Shown here piece by piece: positions 49,401-59,667 of a stretch of DNA of 64,000 bases. The DNA comes from Lepidodermella squamata. Lineage: Eukaryota > Animalia > Gastrotricha. Where the stretch lies: NCBI GenBank assembly GCA_047495785.1, contig JBLDXI010000017.1, forward strand, positions 496,001 through 560,000, in the 5' to 3' direction. Under the pieces are notes generated by a model, which was given only the letters and a program-made list of their open reading frames with translations, had not been told where the DNA came from and made no database searches. Every line of letters begins with the position of its first letter. The first letter of the stretch is position 1. The position numbers and the translations under genes were made by a program.

Positions 49401-51828
49401 CGCTGCCCAGAATGGTCCCGTCGATGTGGTGAAGACATTGGCTGGGGATTTCAACGCCAATGTCGAGGCAGCCACTAACGATGGCAGTACGCCATTGCAC
49501 ATCGCCGCCCGGGATGGCCACGTCGATGTGGTGAAGACACTGGCTGGGGATTTCAACGCCAATGTCGAGGCAGCCACTAACGATGGCAGTACGCCATTGC
49601 ACATCGCCGCCTGGAAAGGCCACGTCGAGGTGGTGAAGACCCTGGCTGGGGATTTCAACGCCAATGTCGAGGCAGCCGAGAAAGATGGCGCTACGCCATT
49701 ACACATCGCCGCCCGGGATGGCCACGTCGATGTGGTGAAGACATTGGCTGGGGATTTCAACGCCAATGTCGAGGCAGCCACTAACGATGGCTACACGCCA
49801 TTGCACATCGCCGCCCGGGATGGCCACGTCGATGTGGTGAAGACACTGGCTGGGGATTTCAAAGCCAATGTCGAGGCCGCCACTAACGATGGCTACACGC
49901 CATTGCACATCGCCGCCCGGGAAGGCCACGTCGATGTGGTGAAGACACTGGCTGGGGATTTCAAAGCCAATGTCGAGGCAACCCAGAAAGATGGCGCTAC
50001 GCCCTTACACATCGCCGCCTGGAAAGGCCACGTCGAGGTGGTGAAGACCCTGGCTGGGGATTTCAATGCCAATGTCGAGGCAGCCGAGAAAGATGGCGCT
50101 ACGCCATTACACATCGCCGCCCGGGATGGCCACGTCGATGTGGTGAAGACATTGGCTGGGGATTTCAACGCCAATGTCGAGGCAGCCACTAACGATGGCT
50201 ACACGCCATTGCACATCGCCGCCCGGGATGGCCACGTCGAGGTGGTGAAGACCCTGGCTGGGGATTTCAACGCCAATGTCGAGGCAGCCACTAACGATGG
50301 CTACACGCCATTGCACATCGCCGCCCGGGATGGCCACGTCGATGTGGTGAAGACACTGGCTGGGGATTTCGACGCCAATGTCGAGGCAGCCACTAACGAT
50401 GGCTACACGCCATTGCACATCGCCGCCCGGGATGGCCACGTCGATGTGGTGAAGACACTGGCTGGGGATTTCAAAGCCAATGTCGAGGCAACCCAGAAAG
50501 ATGGCGCTACGCCCTTACACATCGCCGCCTGGAAAGGCCACGTCGAGGTGGTGAAGACCCTGGCTGGGGATTTCAACGCCAATGTCGAGGCAGCCGAGAA
50601 AGATGGCGCTACGCCATTGCACATCGCTGCCCAGAATGGTCCCGTCGATGTGGTGAAGACATTGGCTGGGGATTTCAACGCCAATGTCGAGGCAGCCACT
50701 AACGATGGCTACACGCCATTGCACATCGCCGCCCGGGATGGCCACGTCGATGTGGTGAAGACACTGGCTGGGGATTTCAAAGCCAATGTCGAGGCAACCC
50801 GGAAAGATGGCGCTACGCCCTTACACATCGCCGCCTGGAAAGGCCACGTCGAGGTGGTGAAGACACTGGCTGGGGATTTCAAAGCCAATGTCGAGGCAAC
50901 TCAGAAAGATGGCGCTACGCCCTTACACATCGCCGCCTGGAAAGGCCACGTCGAGGTGGTGAAGACCCTGGCTGGGGATTTCAACGCCAATGTCGAGGCA
51001 GCCACTAACGATGGCAGTACGCCATTGCACATCGCCGCCCGGGATGGCCACGTCGATGTGGTGAAGACACTGGCTGGGGATTTCAAAGCCAATGTCGAGG
51101 CAACCCGGAAAGATGGCGCTACGCCCTTACACATCGCCGCCTGGAAAGGCCACGTCGAGGTGGTGAAGACCCTGGCTGGGGATTTCAACGCCAATGTCGA
51201 GGCAGCCGAGAAAGATGGCGCTACGCCATTACACATCGCTGCCCAGAATGGTCCCGTCGATGTGGTGAAGACATTGGCTGGGGATTTCAACGCCAATGTC
51301 GAGGCAGCCACTAACGATGGCAGGACGCCATTGCACATCGCTGCCCAGAATGGTCCCGTCGATTTGGTGAAGACATTGGCTGGGGATTTCAACGCCAATG
51401 TCGAGGCCGCCACTAACGATGGCTACACGCCATTGCACATCGCCGCCCGGGATGGCCACGTCGAGGTGGTGAAGACACTGGCTCGCGATTTCAACGCGAA
51501 TGTCGAGGCAGCCACTAACGATGGCAGTACGCCATTGCACATCGCCGCCCGGGATGGCCACGTCGAGGTGGTGAAGACACTGGCTCGCGATTTCAAAGCC
51601 AATGTCGATGAAGTTAAAAAAGACGGTTGGACCCCGTTAATGTGCGCTGCATATCGCGGCCAATACGCGGTTGTCGATTTACTGATAAATGAACTTCGAG
51701 CAGAAGTCAGCCCCGTTGATAATGATGGACATACCGCTCTCTATTTAGCCAATAACTGCTATGATAATGTTGCACCTGATAACAAACGTAAAACAATTGA
51801 AAACCTCAAAAAAGCGAATGATAGATAA
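46458..51828 (+). CDS. NEK-like pseudokinase fused by splicing to a 27-repeat ankyrin array
   Basis: Kinase exons from 46458 to 47630 (FVIKK, NHVNIV, MEFCGGG, LHRNIKPSNILL, KLAELG, YLPPE, SDVWALG). Phase-0 donor at 47631 and phase-0 acceptor ending at 48972 join it in frame to the ankyrin exon 48973-51828. Confidence 0.8.
47677..48950. mobile_element. Non-autonomous TA-targeting DNA transposon in the kinase-ankyrin intron
   Basis: TIR CTGTATACGTAC(t/a)AATTTTCGC(g/t)GTAAT, TA TSD at 47675-47676 and 48951-48952, TTCGCGA subterminal repeats. Confidence 0.85.
49177..51624 (+). repeat. 24 near-identical 102-bp (34-aa) coding tandem repeats (ankyrin)
   Basis: Unit GxTPLHIAAxxGHV(D/E)VVKTLAGDF(N/K)ANVEAxxxD, counted from the translation. 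Confidence 0.97.
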
Positions 51829-52533
51829 TTAATTTCAGAAATTTAGAAATTGTGCGTATAATTTCATATTAACGTCCAAGAGCGAAGTCTACTGAAGTTT
51901 TTACTTTAAAATCGGCGAGATACTTCATGCTTTTCTCAAACTATCTTTCACTAGGGCAATAAAAAAACAGCTGCTCTAAATTGTTCATTTTCCTAAAACA
52001 GCAAATCAGCCGTGCTATGGGCCTATACGAAGCTCTCGGCTATTGATTTTCAACAATGAGATATGCAATAATAGCAATAATAGCAAAATGCAATAAAACC
52101 AGACCCGACCCGGGCATGGGGCGTATAAGGCTTGTGACTGATACCACAATGATTGATGAGTTGTGTGTTGTGTCAACCATGAACTATATAGGTATCATAT
52201 TTCAGCCAATCTTATCGCATAACCGAGTAAGAAATGAATTACGCCGACAATACAGTGAATGCGACAAAACGGCAACTTTATCGCGACAATACAGCAAAAA
52301 CTGGCTATGTAAAAGATGCATTGTGTTCCTGCTTGTATGTCGCAAGTTGAAAAATTTGCTGTTATGTCGCGTTTGCTGTTTTGGTTATTTGCTGTTATGA
52401 CGGTCTGCCCTAGCTCCTCTGAATTCTGTATATTCGAAATTTCTTTCAATCACTGTGAACTACTTAAAATCCTCGATTCCTGAGAGACAACCGTGGCAAT
52501 CGGTGCAGACCACAGATTGCTAATACCTCTCCC

Positions 52534-54608
52534 GGCCTATTCCGCCCTGGAAGACCAAAAAATGTCATTTTTTTTGCTCGCCCTAATTCACCCGGACTCT
52601 ATCGCAAATTAAAGATAACATCCTCAGCTACTTAAAAATATATAACAAGCCGCATATGGCGCACACGGTATCACAGCTGCGCCATCGCCAAGTCAAGCGT
52701 TACGAATCTGGCGTTGGCCAGGGGACAAATGTTGCGTGACACCTCGGTACGAGTGTTTACTTGGCTCAACATGTAAACATCAAATAGTAAGCCTTAGTGC
52801 TGGATGAACATTCACGAAGCTCTAAATAATCCCCATCCGTCACGCTTTGGGTTAGATATGCGGCAAAGTTTTGATGATGTCCCCTAGCTAACGATTCGCA
52901 TGAATAAGTTTGTGCCTCTTCTTTGCCCTGCAGCAGCAATGTGCCATCTTTTATTTTCATGCGTGAGCTATCGAATGCACGCAATAATCACTCATTCTTT
53001 TTACTCTCAATCACTTGGTTAATAATACGGATGCCCTGAAACTATTATGTTTCCAGGGGACATTCTCGTTAGCCAGGGGACTTTTTTGTTCTAGCTGCTA
53101 GTTGTTGAGCCCTATTACTATTCAAGTCATATTTTTCTTCACCTCAAATTTTAAAGCATCAACCATCCAATACTGTTAGGTTGTGTAATTATGCCAATAA
53201 CAGTTAAAGAGCGATATGCCAGTTTTTTGGAGAATTTAAAGAAGGATCCTGAAGCTTATTCTGCCTTCAAGCTGAGACGCGCTGCGGCGGAGCGTAAGCG
53301 TTATGCTTTGCGTGCGGCTAAAATGACCGCTCGAGAAAAGAAAGCCAATCGCACTTATGAACGTGACAAAAAGCGGCGTCAACGAGCAAACAAAAAGATG
53401 GAATCGCTGACATCGGTCGAGACAGTTGAAACTTCGACATCTGTGTTGGTCACACCTGTTTACACGAGCCTGCTTTATTCGTCGCAGGAGATCGGCAAAG
53501 CATCCAAGCGCCTTCAATCAAACTTACCTGCGTCGCCTAAGAAGCGCGCTCTAGTTTTGGCTCGTAACGTGGCTGCCCTATCGCCTGAATTACAAAGCAT
53601 GGTGCTTGGGCGAAAGCTGCGTTTCGAAAAGCGTCCAACTGCGATAAGTGATGAAACTCGTCGATCTGTCGAAGCGTTCTTTCTACGCGACGATATTTCT
53701 CGCATGAAGCCCGGCCTTCGTGACTCCAAAATTGTGGCCAATCCCGATGGATCGAAGACTCGAATTCAAAAGCGTCTTATGTCCATGTATATTTGCGAGG
53801 CTTATCAGATTTTCAAATCAGAGTATCCCGACTACTACGGCGAAGGATGACCTACTCAAAACGTCATTAAATAACATTCTTTGCAAAATTTCTGATCCTC
53901 AGCCGCTCTCTTCTAGACGGCAAAACATCTTTACCTTGACCCGCTCAGATGTATTTCTTGCTGATTGCTTGCTGGCAGGCGCCGACGATGATTTGTAATC
54001 ATGTAAATTGCGATATGGCTATTCCGTTGTTTATGGTTCCACAGCTGGAACCCGGTACCAGTTCAGTCACATATTTACTGCTGACTGTAGCTATGCAACA
54101 GGGACTTTGTAAATACTTTTTAATTGAACTTGATAATGATAATAATTAGTAAAATTCGAATTTCTGGTTGCTACATAGCGAGCTAGCGTTAACAATATCG
54201 CATGTCCCCTGACCAACGTCCCCTGCCAACGAACATGACCTTGCCTATTGCGCAACGCTGATGATCGACGAGGTCATTAAGGCTTAAATGATTTTTTATA
54301 TCAAAGCGGGACCAGAGATCTTTGATTTGGAAACTTTTCATGATGATTGCTCATGAATTTGGGAAGAACCGCGTGATCAAATTTCATGAAGAATTTTCAG
54401 CGAATCTCCGAGTCCCCTGACCAACACAGTGAAATTTGCTGTTACGCAACAAGGTGAGAACAGGTGGGCCCAGGGTCAACTATTAATATTTTAGGGCTAA
54501 CAGTGTTTGTTCAAATGAGATAAATTTTACTGGCGATTGTCATCACTAGAGAGCAAGATCACTGCTAAAATATATGCCAAATGTCCCCTGGCTTCGGCGG
54601 AATAAGCC
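52534..54608 (+). mobile_element. Internally deleted DNA transposon with 4-bp TSD (possibly Sola-like)
   Basis: TIR GGC(C/T)TATTCCGCC, TSD TCCC (52530-52533, 54609-54612), inverted subterminal CCAGGGGAC motifs. ORF 53191-53850 (basic coiled coil, FFLRDDISRMKPG, QKRLM, YQIFK) resembles a transposase N-terminus without a catalytic domain. Superfamily tentative. Confidence 0.65.
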
Positions 54609-54967
54609 TCCCGCAGAAAATTTCGGTCAACCGGCCAGAATGTAGCCGAACGGTCATACCCAACCTGTTGACAATTCCTGGCACCTCAGGTATGTGGCAC
54701 AAAATACCATTCCCTGCTAACATAATCGATCAGTTGGAGAGAGCAGACCATTCATAGATGATACATTAACAATTAATTTATAATCCGCTTGTGTGTAACG
54801 TAATCAAAACTCTTACGCGGAAAAAATAAGCGTGCTCCGAATTCTCGCAAGCTGTTGCTTGAAATTATGATCGTACGTGACTAAAATTTGAATATCTATC
54901 ACAAATTTCCGACCAGAATATTGGCCGATTTTGAGTTTAACCCAACCTAGTAATTCAAGGCTGAAAA

Positions 54968-57900
54968 ATGCTACAGCCATCCAACCACTCAAACTGCCAT
55001 TCTGGTCTGTTGATACCCAAAAGATGGTTCCGAACCGATTTGCCACTGTTGGATCCATCGAATGTGAAACAAGTCGCAGTTATCGTCGTCCTTCTACTTT
55101 ACCTATTGTACGGCGTTTCTTTCATTACCGAACGAATAATTCTAGCTATGGAGGTGATTTCTACTCAAAAGCGGGCTAAAACCGTCAAATTAATGACTGG
55201 AGTAACGAAAACAATTAAGGTGAGACGATTGACCTAGTTTCAGACAATTTTAAAGAATTTTTAAAGGTACCATTTTGGAACCCATTAGTGATCTCTCTAA
55301 CGGCGTTTACCATCGGAACCCCCGAGACATTTCTACCTCTGATCGAGGTGGTTAACCGAGGTTTCGAGGCCCATCACCTCGGCCCTTCGTTGATCGTTGG
55401 AAGCGCTGCTTTTCACCTGTTCGCAATAATCGGGGTCTGCCTGTTAAGTGGCGACGAAACTTGCCCCAAACCTATCAGGGACCGAGCTGTTTTCACCACC
55501 CAAACAGCTTGTTCCATTTTGGCCTATTTCTGGATTTGGGTTGTCATCGATCTAATTTCACCTGGTGTTGTCGAGTTATGGGAGGCGATTTTCACGCTCT
55601 GTTTGTTTCCATGCTTGGTTCTAATTATCTGGAGCGTGTCGAAGAGCTACCCTCAGCGGTTTTTGGCGCGAATTAGGCGAAGATACCGCGGTGGAAGCGA
55701 CGAAGAAAATGCCCTACTTCTGCCGCCAGCTGATTATGAAGATCATATGAAAATCGATAGCATAGCTGGGAATAGTAGTAGCTTTTACTACCTGAGTCGA
55801 ACTCGAAAAGGCCGGGAATTTGCTAGTTTGGTCGAAAAATTGAAGTCGACTCATCCGGAAAAATCTCGAGCTGAATTGGAAGGTAACACAATTTAGCTCG
55901 ATTTACCGTAAAAACCGAATTTGGGTCCTAGTTCTATAATAGTGCCTCGCCTGGTATAAACCCCCAGTCTGAGCGATGATTGAACTAATAATATCTCAGG
56001 CCTAAATTAGTATCTTGGTTTCTTAATACATTTTTTTGCACTTGTCACATGACTGAAAATTACTAATTGCATTTCCGAATCCGATTTAACAAACATTCAA
56101 TTAAAATGATGCGAAGCTCAACTCTGATCTGGTGAGTATAAATGCCTGTTAGCTGAGATGAATTGTCATCATTTCCCGTCAGAAAAATTCCCCGGTGTTG
56201 TTGATAGCTAAGGGAGATGCGAAGGGGATTGAAGAAACATGAAAACAATCACTACGAAGAGGACATTTAACTGTTGTTTCATTTTAGACGCTTTTCCAAA
56301 TTAATTTTTCATCTCATGAAGATAGATTCAAATAAATAATACCACAGCCTACAATTGTACCTCGCCTGCAATAAACCCTCACTTTTCTCTTGGTTTGAAA
56401 CTATAAAAACACGGCACCCAATTTCGGTTTTTACGGTAATTCAATTTTTAATCAAAATTATTTAGAAATGGCTGAGGTCAAAATTCTGGCTGGAATTCCT
56501 CGAAATGCTACATTTTACAGGTAAATTTTATCTTCAATAATTTTCAAGTTTTTAAAAATTGGATCGATATTCGGGAATTGAGTGTTATTTTGAACTTTGA
56601 ATTTAAAATTTAAAATTTAATAAAATTTGAAATTTCAACTTTTTAAATTCAATTTTTCAGAATTTTTGGTCATATTCGGGATTGCCATGTTCCTCTGATT
56701 TCAACTCAAAAAGTTGGTTTCGTACTGGCCTATCACACCTGTTCAGAAGATTGCGGCCAAGTTACCATCAGAGTCGGCCGATGGGGCCCAGAAATCGCTT
56801 CAACCACCCTATTTGTCAACTACGAAACAGTCGAAGGCGAAAACGCCAAGCCATTCATCCACTACGAACCTACTGTTGGAACTATTACATTCCAACCAGG
56901 GCAGAAATTCGCCGAAATTTGCGTTACAATCATCGACGATAATGTCTACGACCCTCGGGAGCGCATTTTCAGCATTAGGTTGAAGCACCCGAGCCTTCAA
57001 ACCCACAGTCGGGTGAAACGAGTTGAAGTCACCCTGGGCGATGCTGTTATATCGATTCTGGACAACGACCACGCTGGCGTCTTCTCATTCGAAGATTCCT
57101 ATCTCAGCCTTGAAAGTTTCAGTGATCGAGCGAGAATTAAGGTGGCTCGTCATTTAGGCGCAAGGGGTTCCATCTCGGTACCGTATCGAATCAACAAAGG
57201 AACCGCCTTAATTGACAATATCCGAGGCGATTTGACCTTCAAAACTGGCCAATTAGAAAGCTACATCGACGTTGAAATTCCCGAAAAATCTGCCGAAGAT
57301 TCCGATGTTGTTCGAATGTTTTTCATCGAGCTTCTGGAACCTGAATATTTACCCGAGGATGACGACTCAGAAGATTTAAGCTCCGTGGCGAAACCTGTTT
57401 TAGGGTCGAATAAATTGGTTCAGATAGCGTTGTTGGCACCGGGCCAAGTTGCGGATTTTGCCGCTGAATTATCAGATTTTTTGCTGGTCGAAAGCTGGCT
57501 GGATCAATTTCGCGATCTAGTCACCCTACCTGATCGCAGCAACCGTTCAAAGCCGGTTTTTATCACCTGGATTTTCCTGATAATTTCATGGCCGTGGCAA
57601 TTTATTCTGGCCATCATACCGCCTGTTTGCTTTTTCAGCGGCTGGATCGCTTACATTTTGCTAATCTGCTTGATGGGTGTTACAACTGCCCTAATTGGTG
57701 ATTTAACGTCATTCCTAGGGTGCCTAGTCGGCCTACAGGATATTGTGACTGCGGTCACCCTGATCGCGATAGGGGCTGGCCTGCCGGATTTGCTAGCAAG
57801 TCGGCATGCGACTATTCATGAGAAATTCGCCGATTCAGCTATTGGCCATATTACCAGTTCGAATACCGGGTCGGTTTTTCTCGGTATCGGACTGGCTTGG

Positions 57901-58590
57901 ACAGTTGGAGCGGCTTATCAAGCTGCTCATGGCAGACACCTGGAGGTAAAAATTGAGAAATAATCAATTTTTTGTGCGTATTTTATCAGAACATTTCAAG
58001 AGTAATTTTTGAGAATGTCTCAATTTTTGAGAATTTCAATTTTTCAATTTTAAAATAATTGGTAAAGGAAGTCCTAAATTTGGGGATCCAGCACTGAATT
58101 ATGAGCCGATATCGATTTTGAGAATCAATTTAGCAAATCAGTGATTTTTCCAATATCGACATTGAATATTTTCTGGATAAAATTAAATAATTAAATTAAA
58201 TTAAAAACCCATGATTTAGGGTGCGTAGTTAGAATAGGATAGGGAATTTTGGCAATTAGCAAAGCTATATTGAATGCAAATTTATAATATTTGCGATAAA
58301 TTTAAATTTTAATCGTTAGATCCATAAGTCCGATGTCCGATGTCCGATGTAAATTTGCAATTTTTTTCATTTTTTAGATGCCGTCCGCGGAAAGTTTTGC
58401 ATTTTTCGTGCTCACCTATTGCATTATGGCCGTGATTGGCGTTTCAATTCTACTACTACGGCGATGCGCACCGATCAACGGCGAACTCGGCGGGCCTCGA
58501 TGGGCTAAAATTTTATCGGCCACGTGCTTTCTAGGCCTCTGGTCCGGCTTCGTTGTTCTATCAACACTGAACGCCTACTCTCTGCTCTGA
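54968..58590 (+). CDS. NCX/SLC8-like paralogue F; multi-exon
   Basis: FTIGTPETFLP...GSAAFH; IIDDNVYD/ILDNDHAG; GAGLPDLL...AIGHITSSNTGS; RRCAPINGELGG. Confidence 0.9.
55906..56436. mobile_element. TA-flanked MITE in NCX-F intron
   Basis: TA-CCGTAAAAACCGAA...TTCGGTTTTTACGG-TA. Confidence 0.8.
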
Positions 58591-59667
58591 GGCTTGATTA
58601 GTCATCAATATTACAGAAACCTACTGTACTCCCAACGCGACAGAAAAATCACATAAAATTATTACCTATTCTGTCAATCACGTGTTTCATTGATTTTGTT
58701 GAATAAAATTGAGTGACACCTAATTTTTCGAAGGTTTTTAAATTATTTATCTGCATCAATTCGATCAGAATCGTTACTGCCAGAAACTTCCCCTAACCTT
58801 GCCAAATTATTAGCCTTCGATAGTAGGAGTAACATTTCCTAAATTATAGGATTTTTCGTTTCATTTGCCTTGGGCAAGTGAAAAATTTCTAAAAGTTTGC
58901 GTGATTTTTTCAACGGTGCAGTTTTGTTCAGCTTGATTTAGCTTCACAATTCCCCTGCCCACGGGGGTTTTACTTTCCGATCGATTTTCATCCCACCTAT
59001 CCCTTGGAAATGCTAGATCAGGTTATAATCCTGACAAATATCGATAGGAAACATTTTCTCATTTTTTGCCGATGGCATTTCGCCTGTTTTTTCCAGGTAT
59101 TTCTTTCCGGTTTCAATAATATAGGAACCTCTTTTGCCTGATTGGTAAATATTTGCCGAGCTATTTCCGAGATATTGATACATAGTTTCGCACTCACGCC
59201 ATAGACGGCCTCTTTACAGCAGCGGTAAATTAATACCATGATGTCATAAAAAGAGTGTTTTTGTCAACCGGCCTTAATAAGCCATTATTAATGTTATAAT
59301 TATTTAATGACACTATCGGCTTTTCGGTTGAAACAATTGAGTGCCAGTTATCTCATTACATTACATTACGTGTATTATGTCCTGAGACTTATAATTGCGT
59401 GTAGTAATAATGCGCGCGATCACCACAGCGCTTATCGAGTGCCCCTTGTGAGCGAAAGTTTTTTATTGTATGCACACCCGCCTGACATGGTTGCATATAT
59501 TATGAAAAAAAATCAAAACTTCCCGCGTACCTACATGCATGATCAATAATTTCAGCATTAATTCTTTCGTACGTCAAACACTTATTTCATACCTGATTGC
59601 ATTAATTAATTTCCGACTGAGATTTTCTTTTTTTCCATTAAAAAAAATATTAAGATTTTTTAAATGT

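Noticed and set aside
49084-51561. Many antisense ORFs over the ankyrin array
   Set aside because: Shadow frames of a GC-rich coding tandem repeat, with no independent coding signal.
49177-51624. TAL-effector repeats (34-aa period with a variable diresidue)
   Set aside because: The sequence is clearly ankyrin (GxTPLHxAAxxGH). The TALE resemblance is only an analogy, and DNA binding is unsupported.
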